A DNA stretch of 64,000 nt. Source: Vicugna vicugna. Its lineage: Eukaryota. Location: positions 8,246,302 through 8,310,301 of the forward strand of contig MU058065.1 of assembly GCA_013265495.1 (NCBI GenBank). Reading direction: 5' to 3'. Shown here piece after piece: positions 32,945 to 47,500 of the stretch (positions within the stretch are counted from its first letter, which is position 1; each line of letters opens with the position of its first letter). Position numbers and translations under genes: made by a program. Below the pieces are notes generated by a model. It made no database searches. It was not told the origin of the DNA and saw nothing but the letters and a program-made list of their open reading frames with translations.

Positions 32945-35699
32945 GTGAGACCTTTTTTCCTTTTTCCTGCTTCCTTCTAGTATCTCCAGGTCTTGCAGAC
33001 CGCTACTTGCTTGCTTGCCCTGGCGAGCCATTGTACTGTCTCTAGCGTAAGGACTAAAGTTTTACGGGCTCCTCAGTGATGTTCATTTCATGCAGTTAAG
33101 TGTGTCCAAAATGTGTCTGGTGTCTGGTTGAGCCTGTTTGGTAGCTCAGTTGTACCCTACTTTTGCATTTTCCCTCCAATGCTCAATTGGAATATGTTCA
33201 ATTCCACCCCAAAATTCCGTAAGTATTCTCAGAGTAGAAGATTCAGAAGTCAGAAGTGACGAAATAAACAAACTTGGTGTTACATTCATGCTTGTTGCCA
33301 AGATATCCTTGTATCTGATTTATTGTTTAGTGCCATTTCCCTAACCCATTTTCAGTCCCAGATTCAAATTTCTTCCCTCTCAGAAAGTGTGCAGAGATCG
33401 TGTCCTCTGCAAGCCTGTGCCTTTCCTTCACTTTGAGACTACCCCCTGCCATATTATATTGACACCCTCAGCAGTGTGTCTTAGTCACCGAGGAGGAAAC
33501 GGAGAGGGATTGTAGGTTCAAGGAGACTATACAGTTTGCTAAGATGCTTTTTGGCCGACTCAAGTTTTTACCAGGTTGAAAGCAGGTAAATAAGTTGGAT
33601 GAGAGTGAATTTAAGGGATATGAAGAAGGAAGTTGGGGATCTTGTCTTCTCTATTCCTCTTCTCAGGCCTGAAGCATATCAACTTAGGATGTCCCTTAAA
33701 CTCTCCCCATCCAGGATAGAGGATGCCAAGTACTTTATGGATCAGAGTCTTCCCAAGTTGAAGGTTCTCCCTACCTGACTCATTCAGATTTTCATAGGCA
33801 TACTCACCCAATTCCCTCCAGCTCCACTTTCAATCTAGTGGCTGCAGTGCTGAATAGCATGTGCACATTCTTCTAGAATCACGAATTGTGGCAACACTTT
33901 TTACAGAATCCCAGGTAGGAAGCGTTCACCTGAAAATCTGATCGAGTTAGTGATAACAGAGAAGGAACACTCAGTGGCACCCTGGGCAGGGTTATGTGGT
34001 CACATCAGCCACTTCCTCACTAGTTTCCCAGAAGTGGAGGGGAGATCTCTGTGTGTTCCTTGGACCGGTGATGGTGCAGTAGGATGACATACCGGTGCTC
34101 CTGAATAGCTCTGGTTCTTGTTGAGGGCTTGCTTTGTGAGAGGCAGGCATCCCTGACATTTTCATTCATTTATCTTTGCTCTGAACAGGCAGAGCATTTC
34201 AAGGACAGATGATGACTGGGGCCATGGCCTGGGCATTATGAAAGAAAGTGATGTTGATCTCAGTGTGAACAAATGTCTCTGAGAGGCTGGGGGCTCTGTT
34301 CCTCCTTCTTGTGACTAGAACTGCCTGCAGTCTCAACTAGAGTGCTGTCCAGAGCCGAGGACTCTTGCTAGGGGAGAAGGTCCAGGGTGCCTGCTCAGGC
34401 CCCTTCTTTCAGCCCTCCCCTCCACTTTCAGGGCTGGGCCTCCAGCACAGACACAAGGTGGAGGGGCATGGCTGAGAACAAGGGTGATGATGCCTCTCTT
34501 TGGGATGGTCCTGGCCAGCATCTGCCCCAGTCAGGAACCTCATCTTTCCCAAAAGACTCATTTAGCTTCCTAACTTCTTAAGCTACTTCTTTCTCCTCCC
34601 ATTTAGGCGGGTGCAGGTGTGCATGTTACAAGGGCCACTGGGATTACGACTTCTGGCAAGAACACCCTTGTCTCTAGGAAGCAACAGGGGTTGGAGCCTG
34701 TTCTGGTTGATGTTTACTGCTGTGTGGACTTCTTCAAATGTCTTTATGCCCTTGAACCCCTTCTCCAACTCCTGTGATTTAGAGGAACCTTTTTCCTCCC
34801 CTCACTTCCTTCTCTGCGTGTTGAGAGGATCCAAAAAATAGTGAGCCTGAAAATGCCTTGAAAGGGATTAATATATAATGGCATGCATCTTGATGATGGA
34901 AAAGCAGCATTTTGCTAAAAAAAAAAAAAGGAAAAGAAAGGGATCATCAGGAAGATTGTGAAATACCCTCACACGATACAGGGTCTGGTTGGAGGTTAGG
35001 AGCTTTCCTTTCTTGTTCATTCTTTTTATGATGTGTCATAAATAGAGCATGGAATTAAAAAAAAAAACAGCAACAACACCAATAAAGGAATAGGCTCTGT
35101 TGTCATGTGGGAGGAATAGGGGGTCATGTCGATATTAAGACTGGATCAAATCAAGCACTTCCTGCATATGATCATTGTATTTTGAGAGCTTGTTTTATTT
35201 GTGCAGAAGCCAGGAGATTTTAAAAGCAATGTGTTATAACAGTAATACAAGTAGCGTGTGTAGATGTGAACACGTTTTCCCGCTTTTTGCTTGTTTTTCT
35301 TCAAAAAATTTTAATGAGGAAGGGAGACAAAGGGGAGGAGATGGGGAAAACTCTCTAGAGAAGGAAGAGAGGGAGAGAGACAAACAGACAGAAAGGGAAA
35401 AGCTGAGACTCAGTATTCTATTTTCTGTTTGGGGGGAGCTGTCCAGCAATTGTCCACACGTGGCCCTGAAGGGAGCACAGACCGTCTGCAATCTCAATAG
35501 CTGAATGTCTTGGTCTTTCCTCTGCCCAAACAAAGGAACTGAGCAGCTCCCCAGTCATTTGCCACTGCTCTGGGGGTTAAAAGATGGCCAGAAATGAAAA
35601 ATTTGTTCTCTACCTGACGATGGCTTGTAACGTATGAGGTGAGAGGCAACTGAAGGATCCGGCTAGTTCTACATCTGCGCCTATCTATAAAGGACTTAG

Positions 35700-36190
35700 T
35701 ATTCATTCATTCATGTGTTCATTTAGCCAATGTTTACTGGGTGCCTACAGCATGCCAGATATTGTTCCAGATCCTGAGTTCCCAGGAGTGAACAAAACAG
35801 TTGAGATCTCTGCCCTCCTGAAGCTAACATTCTAGTGAAGATGCAGAAGTAGCCAAGCAAGCTAGTAGATAATTACAGTGACATATAAAGTGATTTCAGA
35901 TGGCATTCAGTGCTGTGGTGAGGGCAAAACAGGAAAATGAGTTAGACAAGGATAAAAGGGAGGGCTTGGAAAAGAAGCAGCTACGTTACGCAGAGTGATT
36001 GGGAACAGCCTCCCTAAGAATGTGCAGTCTGGGCTGACACCTAAGTGATGAGAAGGATCCAGTGATGCCTACATCAATCTGGAGAAGAGCTTCCAGGTGG
36101 AGGTGATAGCTGAGTCAAAGGCCCAAGTGTGAAGAACATTAGCATGTTTGAGAAACAGAAGAGAGGACAGGAGGAGGGAGAGGAATGGGG
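35700..36190 (-). mobile_element. L2 LINE 3' fragment
   Basis: ATTCATTCATTCAT..TTTACTGGGTGCCTAC..GTGAACAAAACAG..CTCTGCCCTCCTGAAGCT. Confidence 0.75.
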
Positions 36191-39100
36191 TGTGAACAAA
36201 TGCTTTAGGGCCAATGTGGCTCCATGCTAGACAGCTGGCTGAGTAGCCACTCTCCTCCCTTCAGCCAGTCTTTCAGGTGGGTCAGGAGTTAGTCAAGGAT
36301 TCATGAAAGTATGAGACAAGAGCCTTCATTCTCCATTTCTGGTTGAAGTTGCACTAGTTCACTTCAAGGGACAGTGTGCCATGGTGGGTGAGCTGAGGTC
36401 TCCAAGCCCAGATGGCCCCAGTTGGAGGCCTGAACAATTTGCATAGCTTCTCTGTGCCTCAGTTTTCTCATTTGTAAAACTGGGATAATGATAGCCCCCA
36501 ATTCATAAGGTTATTCTGAGTATCAGATTGGTCAACATGGTTAGAGCAGTTCTATCAGACTGTTGTTATTTCGGAGGTAAGAGAATGCCTCCTCCCCACA
36601 ACACCTTGTTTAAAAGGAAAAGTGAGCCCCAGCTCCCAGGTTGGCAGGAGCTTCTGTAGTGTGGTCTGTCTGTGGTAGTAGATTGCTTCTTGCCCACTCA
36701 CGGTGCCCTAGACACAGAGGGCTGTTTCTGTTTCCATCATCAAAAGTCTGTATCAAGTGCCTACCTATGCCTGCTGCTCTGCTGAGCAAAGTCTGGAGAC
36801 ACAGGGCAGATGTGGCCCTGCCCCCTCTGGGAGTTTCACAATCTAACCCAGACATCACAGAGGCTGATAGAGATCAAGGACACAGAGACAGTCAGTCGCA
36901 GGTGAATCACAGTAATATCGGGGACAAGAAAGAGATGCATGCTTAAAAGCAGCTACTGTGTGGGGTGCCTATTCAAGAGAGACAAGTGGAGGAATTTGTT
37001 ACCTTTTCCCCAATTAGTCAGAGAAGGTTTCTCTGCTGCTGCTGAAGACCAAGTGAGAAGAAACAGACTTAGGCTGAGTTTAGACAGCTGGAAGCCATAG
37101 AGATGTGAGACACACTGATATCTTAACAAAGAGGTGAAATCACCTGCTAGGCTCGGTCAGCTGTGGAGCACCTGGAGTGGGTACAAAGATGAAATCCACT
37201 ATGGCAGTGGGGGTGATGGAGCACCTGTTTTGGACCTAATAAGTAGCAGGAAACAAATCTGGAAGAGATGAACAGTTTTGGTCTGCCTCCTTTTTTCCTC
37301 CTGAAGTTCATTTCCCTAGAGCTCCAAGTTCAGAAGGGGCAAGAGTAATGTGGAATATTTTAGTCAGTGTTCTGGGTTCTCTGAAAGTAAGAGAAGGACT
37401 TTGCAGGGCTCAAAGGAAACTGGAGACCCCAAGCTGCAAGGAGAACCCTGGGAATGGAGAGTAAGCAAAGCACTTTAGGAGAGATCCAAACAGTATATTG
37501 TTTTTTCTTAGCACTATGGTTTAATTTTACATTTCTTTCTGTGTTTAATTAATTAACATCTGTCTATCTCCACAAAGAATAGACCCATCTCTAACATTTA
37601 TGGACCCTAGGGCAAGAGTATAGATGGAGGCTCAATATTATAGGCCAAAATATTTAGAAGTAATAAATCCAGCTCATAAACTGTTACACAACGTGCATTT
37701 TATCCTTCTATCCTGACAAATAGAACTTCAAAACAACCTGGAAGACAGATTTGAATTTAGACCTGTTCGAGCCCTCTGAACTCAGTGCTGGCCAAATGGG
37801 AACATCTACCCTTGGACAACAGGCCATCTGATCTGATTCTCTTTCCACTGTGGGCTCCATCCTGCATCATAATGAGCCTTGGACACACGTGTGGACACAC
37901 ATGCTGGCTTGTCCAAGCTCTATCTATACCACCTCCAAAGAGCTTCCCCTGGACACTCTCTGTCCCTTTGAGCCTGAAGAAGAGCACCCTGAAGGTTCTG
38001 AGAGTGGCCTTATGGCTAAATAGGCAGGAATTCTAGGGTTCCAGGTAATCGAAGCATGTTCTAGAAGGGGGATGTGGTTCCTTGACTCTGCAGACTCCTC
38101 ACCCCGTGGGAAGTGTGTAACCAAAGAAGGGCCAGAGTGGAGCCCTCTACAGCAAGGGACCCTCCTGACTGGGTCTAAGGGAAGCACTGCAGAGGGACTG
38201 TAAGTTCCCTGGAAGCAGTGACTTGTGTGTGTCTGCTTATCAGTCCAGTGCCTGGCACCTGCTTCGTGCTCTACAAGTATTTGTTGGATGCACGAATCTT
38301 TAGAGCTCATCCAGTGAGCAGCTCCGTAGGTAGGGGAACTGAGAAGAGACCACAAGGGAGAAAAATATTCACTGGCAGTGTGCTGTGTACAAGGGAGTGC
38401 AGATCTGTTCTGTGGGATCACAAAGGGCACTGCCTTGGCCACTTAGATGGACTCTCCAGGGAAGCCAACTTGGGTTTTGATATTAGAAAGAACTTTCTAT
38501 CAGAGCTGTCCCAAGATAGTATAGGCTGCCTTACAGTGGGGGTTCAAGTGGTCAACTGGGACTAGTGACCCTGAAGATCCCTTTTAAGCTTGAGACTTGG
38601 GGTTCATTGCAATGAGATTGCTCGGGGTCCAGAGAGATTTTTAATCTAAGCAGAAAGAGATAGCCTACATTCCTTTCCAACTGAAGGGGTCACCTAGTCC
38701 CAGGAGACCTAGTTCCAGTGTATATAATACATGGCACAACAAATGGGTCTTCAGAAAAAATCACAAAGAATAGACTCTGTCCTGTGGTTATAGAATTCCT
38801 GAGTTGTTGACAAGCACATGACTGCTGCAGTCATGAATTTACACCATGCACGTACAGTAGGAGAGCAAGCATTTCATGAATGGTAGACAACAGGTCCCAT
38901 CTTGGACCCAGGATGCAGCAGCATCCCAGGGAAAGGGAAGCCCACTTATGGCCACCCCTCCCCCAAAGTCATGGGTGACCTATATTCATTTTCCCATCTG
39001 AGATTTTTTTTTTTCCCACTGTAGTTTTTCAGTTCTTACTTCCACCAGCCCTGGTCCTATTTAAACTGGAAACTCCAAGGACCCTTTCTTATGAGTTCTC

Positions 39101-41272
39101 ACCAGTGCTCTAATACTTTATTGGGAGATGATGTAAGGATGTTCAAACCTCACCATCAGGTCCCTGGCTATTTCCCAGATTTAGCTATCTATTATTTACA
39201 TGCACACACATGCACATGCATACATATGAATAAAGTGTGGAGTGAATCTGTCTTGAGTCCACAGACAGAGTTAGGGATGGGAGGAGGGGAGACACTTGAG
39301 CCTTGACAGCTTTAGAGTGATTATCATCTCAACTGTCTGTGGATCCTCTACACAGTGTTCACTTTGGAGTAACTCTTCTTCACTTGCCAGCCTGCATCTG
39401 CTTGTGGTGGGTTGGCTAATTTATTGGGTGTGGCTTCTGTCTGAGGCCTGCATACAAAGAGTTACTTAATACAGCTGGTAGAGTGAAATATGGATTTCAA
39501 AAGAGCCTGGGAGGAAAAAAGAGAGATGCTGAGAATCAATCTCTCTCTCCTCTCTTTTCCAGCTGGTATGTAGGAAAAGCCCAGCTGTGGCCCGTGAGTT
39601 GGGGGAAGGGAGGGAGGTTCAAGGGGGAGGGGATACTCAAAGGAGTGTGGGAATGAACGAGCTGCTTCTTGTTTGCTGGGAAGGAAGCCAAGTTGGAAGT
39701 GAGCCCGGATGTAAAGGAGCTGGCACGTGAATACTGTGTGTGCCGAGCCGCACACCATCCCCCCTCAAGAAGTATCATATATAAGACAGAGTCACATAGA
39801 CTCGGTGCCTATTACAGATAGTACACATCTGATACCTCCCTCTGAGTATGTTACAAGTGAAAATGGGGACCACATGGAGCTGACCATCTCAGGATAAAAT
39901 AGGCAAAACTGAATAAGCTATAATTTGAGTTTTGGGTAGAGGCAAACTGTCAAGAAAAAAAGGGGGACTCTGCGAATACAGACTCTGTCCAGCTGTGATC
40001 CAAGGCCACAAAGGGGACACACAAGCCCCGGCCTTACAGCTAGGTTATTGCTCTGATGAGCACATCGCCAGGGCCTGTGCTCAGAGGTTTTGAGGAGGAC
40101 AGACCAAATTAATTTCCTTCTTTATGGAAAAGTTACTTTGGATGTAGTTGGAGAGAATCGACATCAATTTCTCCAAAAGAAACCTTTTGAAGCCACTCTA
40201 GTGGCTGGAATAGGGCTCTGCATACAGTAGGCACTCAATATCTGTTGGTCCTTTCCCCTCCCTTCTGGCAGACGTTCATTCCAGACTAACAGTGTTATCT
40301 TTGGTCCATAGTGTACACATGGTGGAAGGCATATTTGCTTGTGTGTACATGGGCACATATGTGTGTGTATGTAAATTAAAATGCCAAGCAAGGTGGGTAT
40401 GGATGATCCCCTGAGATGCCTTTCACCCCATCCAGTCTCCTTTTCTGATTCTATAATGACGAATAGCAGTGATGCTTGTCCTAGTCATCATACTGATCAT
40501 TATCCTGGCTTAAGAATACTTGAGCAGATCTTTTCTCATCCAATTGCAGAAGAATGGGAAGAACATGGGGTTTCAAGTCAGAAAGACATGGATTTAAATC
40601 TCAGTTTGGGCCTTTCCCAGCTGAGTGATGTTGGGTGACTTATTTAACCTCCCTGGACCTTGTTTAAAAAACAGGAATAAAATATTGAGCTTGAAAGCTT
40701 GTCATAAGTAATGGGCATGAGTAAAGTTCTAGGCACACAGCAGCTGTTCATTAAATGGGAGTGATGGTTATCCCATTCTGTTTGTGTAGCTCGGAGACCT
40801 GGAGTGGGGCCCCAGATCACACTGCTGCCTTTCCTAATACCCTCTTTCACTACGGCCTTCAAAAAATCAGACACTCTAAGTGAGGCTGTGCTGTGACCAC
40901 TGTGGACTGCCAGCTGTTTCGTGCCTGACCATCAGGGGTGCACGTCTAGGTCCAGCGTCTCTGTTTTTTTCAGCTGACCTTCTGCCTTGTGTTGCCTGAC
41001 TCAGCTGAGCCTCCGTCCTCTCCTGCCTGGTCCCTCACTCCTAGCATAGTTGTCTTTATTCATCTCCATCACCACCATGTCCCTGACAGATCTTTGTTAA
41101 GCAACACTATCTGCCTGGCAGGAACTGTGCAGAAGGATACTTTCCTGGACTCTGAGCCCCTAGGGGCCAGGAGTGGACCATGCACACGGAGAAGCACGTT
41201 GAGGAAGTGGCAGCGAATATGCTTGCTCGACGTATGACAGCAAGGTGTTTGTATTCAGAGTCGTCCCTAGAC

Positions 41273-42287
41273 TAGTGTTTCTGAAAACTGGGATGGGATG
41301 GATACCCCAGACAGACACGGTGTTAAATAACAGTGATCCTCAAGTGAGAACGTTGTTCTCTTGGCATTTCGCTCCCATGCCTTATGATTATGTCTGAGAG
41401 AAAATGTCATTGGAGAGATAATATGTCTTTAACACCTTTCTAATGCTTGTCAATCTCCTCTGTGAACAAAGAGAAGAGACATCAGGCTCAGAGCCTTTGG
41501 ACATACAGTAATGTCCAGCTAGAATTTGTTCATCTTGTTTTGTTTGTACTTGTGTGTCTATTTTTTTTATTAACAGACAATTTTTTATAGCAATTGCAGG
41601 TTCTAGGGAAAACTGAGCGTAAAGCAGAGTTCCCATACACTCACTTCCACCCCTCCTCCCACCCTCCCCTGCCATCAACATCCTGCACCAGAGTGGCGCA
41701 TTTTTTTGCAATCAATGAACAAATGTTGACACATCATTATTACTCATAGTCCATAATTTGCATTGCAGTTCCCTCTTGATGTTGTACATCCTAAGGGTTT
41801 TGGCAAATGCACAATGACGTGTATCTGCCATTATAGTATTACACAGAATAGTTGCAGTATCTGAAAAATCCCCTGTGCTCCACCCCTTCATCCCTCTGCT
41901 CCCACCCCTAAACTCCTGCAGCATGGTCTGGCATTTTCCAGAAAGTCATATAGTTGAAATCATACAGTATGTAGCCTTTTCAGACTGGCTTCTTTCACTT
42001 AGTAATATGAATTTATGGTTCCTCCATGTCTTTTCCTGGCTTGATAGCACATTTCTTGTTAGTGCTGAATAATATTGTATGAATGTAGCACAACTTGTCT
42101 CTTCTTTTTGTGGTAAATGATACCAGTTTTTACTTATGATAGTGACAAAAGTCTCCTTTAGAAATAAATTCATGGAAGTAAAAATGTGAGACATTTAGAG
42201 AAAAATGTTAAATATGAAGAAGATAATAGTATAGATGGTATATAAATACATCAAACAGTGTAAGTAACTGAAGTTTGGGTAACACTG
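41273..42287. mobile_element. hAT-Charlie-type DNA transposon containing a nested L1 fragment
   Basis: Terminal inverted repeats TAGTGTTTCTGAAAACT and AGTTTGGGTAACACTG; 8-bp flanks CCCTAGAC and ACCTGGGC resemble a decayed TSD. Confidence 0.55.
41560..42090 (-). mobile_element. L1MC-like 3' end nested in the DNA transposon
   Basis: T-run, CAGAGTTCCCATA, CATACAGTATGTAGCCTTTTCAGACTGGCTTCTTTCACTTAG. Confidence 0.8.
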
Positions 42288-43559
42288 ACCTGGGCTGCAC
42301 CCTTTACAACAGTTCAGAAACATCTGTGGGCACCAAGAAGTGCCTCAGGAAGGGGGAAAACACAGAACCTCGGCCATGGTGGTGCCCAGGAATCTGCATT
42401 TCTCACCACCTGCTTTGACAATCCTAAAGTAAGTAACTACTTCACAGGAATACTGTGTATCAGGCAGCAGTTTGAGGAGGCAGCCAAATGGGAAGAAGAA
42501 ATGCTTCCATCAGACCTGAGGGTCCCGGACATCCAAAAAACAGGGGTGTGGGCACTGTAGAGGAGAGTTGGGAGGGCACAGGACCCTACGACTAGGAAGG
42601 AAGCGGCATATGTCACTCAGGGAGGAGGCAGAAAGGATGCCTCTTACATCTCTCTCCATCCCTGCTGCAGTGATCTGAGAGCTATAGTTCCAGGTGGGAC
42701 AGCCACAAGATGGAAAAGTCTAACCGACAGGGGACTGTTACATGAGAAGGGTGAGACAAAAACTCTGATCATGTTAAAACACTGAGATTTGGGGTTCATC
42801 TGTTGCCCAGCTAGTGTTAATCTCCCTGTCGAATATGACCATCAACTCCCACTCCTAAATTATGTTCAAAGGGTATTCTTGAGCAAAGTTAAATCAGGGG
42901 CTTCTCTAGGGAAGCCCCAGAGTCCCAGCACAAGGCAACAGATGGTGCACAGCTCGCTCCCTCACAGATCACTGAGCATCAACAATGAAGTGCTTCAGCT
43001 CTGGGATGGCATGTCACTCTTGCCAACAACTCATTGGCTGGATCTAGAAACATGGCTCTGCCTACCAGCAGCAGGAGTGAGGAGTGTCATCCTCTTCGGT
43101 ACCTGGAAAGAGAGGAAATCCAGATATGGGTGAGTTCTAGAAGCCTCTCCCTCCACAATACTGGTACCTCTCTTTTAGGGTTGCTGAGGGATTTAAACAA
43201 GATGACACATACCAAACATTCAGAACACTGCCTGACCCACAGTAAGCACTCAGTAAATATTAGTGGTTCTTATTCTTATTTCCTCATTTACATAAGGAGG
43301 AGGTTGCACTCAGGAATATCCTTCCAGTTCTGTTGTCCTCTTTTATGTCTTATCAGGTGGAGGAGCAATACCTGGGATTGGTATAAATCCAACTCCTTCT
43401 TCCACCAATAGAATACGTCTCCCTAGAAGAATGACCTTAGAATTGAGCCTTACAGACGGAATCAGGGAAAGAATTTGGAAAATGGGATATAAAGACTTTT
43501 CCAGATGTAGGAACAATGGAAGTAAAAAATCAGAGATGTTTTTGGAGAAAATTAACATG

Positions 43560-43800
43560 GTGGATAAGAATATGGGGCTTTCAGAGCCAAGTAGAACTGT
43601 GTTCAAATCCCAGTGTTGCTGTGCAGTAGATGTGTGACTTTGGGCAAGTCACTTACAGACTCAAAATCTTGACTTCCTCCACTGTAGAATGGGAATGATA
43701 ATAATAGTACCTGTCTTAGAGGTACTATTATGAGGCTCAAATGATAAAATGCATGTGAGACTCTTGGCAAAGAGTAGAATACACACACACAATAAATTTG
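43560..43800 (+). mobile_element. MIR SINE (representative; similar MIR fragments near 5.4, 7.1, 12.5, 15.3, 18.1, 21.3, 22.0, 23.8, 26.6, 36.4, 40.6, 44.7, 55.5 and 63.2 kb)
   Basis: TTCAAATCCCAG..TGTGTGACTTTGGGCAAGTCACTTA..CTGTAGAATGGGAATGATAATAATAGTACCT core. Confidence 0.8.
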
Positions 43801-44174
43801 CAAAGATGCAGTGAAGAGTAGCTCTTGGTGTTATCTGATCTAACAGCTCTCAACTGTCTTCTCCAAACTCTCTTTGAGAATCTCTCCCTTGGTGAGTGTA
43901 TGACTGGTCAGGAGGAGCTGCCAAAATACCACAGGGGTAGATGAAACTAAATATACCCAAGCATTGCCAGTAGAGAAAATAAAAATTATCTCACAGTTAC
44001 ACATATAATTTTTCAGATGTATATGGAAGCCATTGTGATGAACAAAATCAAAAGCATCCTTCATTATAGTGTAGTTTCTTGTCAATAAGTATATTCTCAG
44101 TCAACAGATACTCAAAGTACAATTATAGTCATTTGCGGGTTTGTGAAACTCTTTCAACATTAAAAGGGATCTAA

Positions 44175-44570
44175 ATTGAGGGACATTCTACAAAACAACC
44201 AGCCAGAATTTTTCCAAAAGTGTCAAGGTCATGAGAGATAAAGAATGATGAGGGAACTGTCCTAGATTGGAGGAGTCTAGAGAGATATGACAACTAAAGA
44301 CAATGTGTAATTTGGATTGGTTTCTTGACCAGAAAATCAATATTAGTGGGACAGTTGGTGACATTCAAACAAGGTGTATAGATTAGTTAATAGCATTGCT
44401 TCAATGCTAAGTTTCTGGATTCGGTCATTGTATTATGATTCAATAAGATAATAAACTTTGAGATAGAGGCTGAAGGGATCTGCAGAAAGTCATTGTGCTA
44501 TGTTTACAAGTGTTTTTTTTTTTAATGAATTTGAAATTGTTTCAAAATGAAAAGTTAAAAAATAAAAATA
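44175..44570 (+). mobile_element. Old L1M 3' end
   Basis: GAGGGACATTCTACAAAA..GACAACTAAA..TTTGAAATTGTTTCAAAATGAAAAGTTAAAAAA. Confidence 0.7.
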
Positions 44571-47500
44571 ACTTAAATGGGGGGTAGTTTCTCATACTTG
44601 GGAAAATTGAGAATTACTATTATAGAAAAAAGACCATGGGTTTGATGGTTAGAAAAATCTAAATTAAAATCCAGGCTCTAACACATACTAATTGTTTGTC
44701 TTTGGGAAAATCAGTTCAATCCTCTGAATTTCAGTGTTTTCTATTTGCTATATGGAGTGGATAAAAAGAGATACATCATAGAATTATTGTGAGAATTTGA
44801 GTGCACAACACCTACCATAGTACATGAAGGGGGCTCCCAATAAATATTAGCTCTCTTTCTGGTCTCTCTTTCCCCCTCTGTCCAAAGAGGATAATAAATA
44901 TGCCTTCCAAATCCCCCAGGTATAATACTGTGTGCAGAGTGCTTTGAGATTGGCATGGTGACACCTGAACAGTGAAAAGTGTTGAGTGGGCAGGAAAGTT
45001 TCCCCAATACGAGATCTTAAGCATGTAAACAGAGTTCATAATCATCAGCATAAATAGCATTGGCCATTATGTAGTATTCTTTCACACTTCTTAACCTGAC
45101 ACACCAAAAGGAGCGTTTTGGCACATTGAGTGAGTGTGGGTTGTATATTTGATTCATCCTGTGGTGAGCCCTCCAGGTGCTGCAGATTTAAGCCTCTGTG
45201 GAGCAATGTGCTACTTTAGAAAGAAAAGCTTTCTAGTGCTGGGGCTCTGAGTTCTTCAATGTGCTCAGAAAACAACTGCCCAAACCAGGCAGCTGCAGGT
45301 AAATGAGGGTAGCTGTGCATGGGCGTGCAGATATGTCTGCTCCTGTTGGGTGAATGCCTGTGGGTGGGAGGGAGTGGGCATGTGTCTGCATGTGGACTAC
45401 AACTATTTCATACAGAAGAAAAAGGTGCTTGAGGGGTTTGGTCCATCCTGCCTTTCGATCGCCCTTGTTCCAGAGACAGGTCAGAGAGTCTGGTCCTTGC
45501 AAAGTCAGTGCTGACAATTTGTATAATACTGATTGCTTTGTTTCTTACTTCTGACATCCATTAAATGTTTGCCTGCAAACAAAACAAAACAAAACTAGAC
45601 AAAAACCTCAGTTTGGGGCTTGTGGAGAAGTATGTGATATGATTTCAAAAGTTCTCCACCTCTTCCCCACAAAAAACATATACAGGTTCCTCATGACTTG
45701 AATTAATTTTCACCCTTTCTACCAATGCAATTCAAGTAAAAAGTGTTTATTTGACATGATGTCTGGAATTTGCTTCAAAATAATCCTGTGACTAGAGATG
45801 AAACAAGACCAGTCATGTGCTAATAAATGTTGAAGTAGAGTGATTGATTGGGTGCATAGTTTCTTCTACTATTCTCTCTACTCTGATGTGTGTTTGAAAT
45901 TTTCCATGATAGAGAGGTCACAGCCTATTGTCTGGTTAATAAAAATGTTATAAAAAGACAATTATTAAACAGGTTTTACAAAAGGGGGTGGAGTCAGCTG
46001 AGGGTAGACAAAATAGCTTTGGGCACAATGATGCTGAGAACCAGAGCCAAGGGCAGATAGGACCAGAGTGCATCCCAGAGGGCATTTCATCAGTCTTGCC
46101 CAACGAGGGGAATAAATTTGATAACCTCTTAAGGGATCTTCCATCCCCAAAAGTCATGATTTAAAGATGAAAATGTCCTGTTGTCCATTTCTTTCCTGGT
46201 ACATCTGGTTTGGTGGCAGCAAAAGGATCAGTATGACCACTCACTCAGCAGACATTGAGTGAACACAACCTGCTGCCAGGCCCTGAGAATATGGAGATAA
46301 GATGGGGAGCTCCGAGTCCAGTGCAAGAGCTTAGCATGCTAAGAAGCAACCATGAAATGGTTGGACCTTGGACCAGGGTTGCATCCAGTGTGCTGTGCAT
46401 CCACCCTCCTGCACAGGAGAGATGACTAGTAATGTCTGAGAAAGCTGGAGAAGGATTGCGAGAGAAGCTAATCCTTGAGTGACCACGAAGGGATGAGCAG
46501 GAGGAATTCTCCAGGTGGAAGTGTGGGCAAAGTACAGCAATATGAGATCTACCCTCACTCTTCTCATCACAAACATATTCCTTTCCATTCAGCCAAATCC
46601 TCTCTCCCTTTCACTATTTTTTAAATTGCCCTGCTCTGCTCTAAGACACAGAGTCACCCTCCCGAGAAAGCTGGGTGGATTAAAGTGTGGGCTTGGGGCA
46701 GATGGGGGAAGGGTGCATTGGCTCCTCTCTAGAAGTTACTCCTTGCAATGCTAGCCTTTCCAGGCTTGTTCCCACTGGCCTTTCTGTAATTGGAGCCTAG
46801 TGGTATGACTGTTCTTGGAGGCCACCTACCTGGGAATAGTAACTCCACAAAGATTCTCTTGGTTGAATGAACTGAGTTTTTATCTGGAAGTTTCACTTGT
46901 GGGTCCAGGAGCTTCTTTGTACTCCAATGCATGCAGAGGCACTGGGGCATAGCCCTGTGGTTGGGAGGAAAGAGCAAACTTTATCTTCCTAATATTTAGA
47001 GGCGAGAAACCAGGATCTAGAGAGGTGGATGGAAGGCAAAATATAAAGATGGAATCCCTCAGCCTGGGAAAGTGCGTCTGCCCCTCACAGGAGGAAGACA
47101 TGTCCTTCCCCCAACCCTTTTCCAGCCTCAGAAATATTCATTCATTTATTTCCAAACACATGAACATATTGTAGCAAAGTGTTAATTTATCAATATGCTT
47201 GGAAAATGAAACAGATTAGGGAGGGGAAGTGGGCAGGAGTGGGACAAGTTTATGGCTAATTTAATCTTTTAGTGGATATAGGGATAATTATATAATTTAT
47301 ATCTCAACTTTTATTGCTGACAAACTTTATAAAACGTCCACTTTGCAGTGTCTTTGGACATCATCTGAAATTTCCTGTGTGTTGAAGTGTTGTTGTTTAG
47401 AGTCAGGCTCTGTAGTTACAGAAGGCAAAGGAATGATGTTCTAGCGTCACAGACCACAGGATATCTTGTAGAAGTCAGAAGGTGGATTTTATTTAAATTG

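Noticed and set aside
32339..32980. 213-aa ORF as a complete single-exon gene
   Set aside because: The track starts at a GTG 29 codons before the recognised Met and runs through the splice donor into the intron (VRPFFLFPASF). An in-frame TGA at 32303 limits any N-terminal extension.
35435..35470. Second RE1 site in intron 1
   Set aside because: Good right half-site (GGAGCTGTCC), but the left half is degenerate and 17 nt away; at most a half-site.
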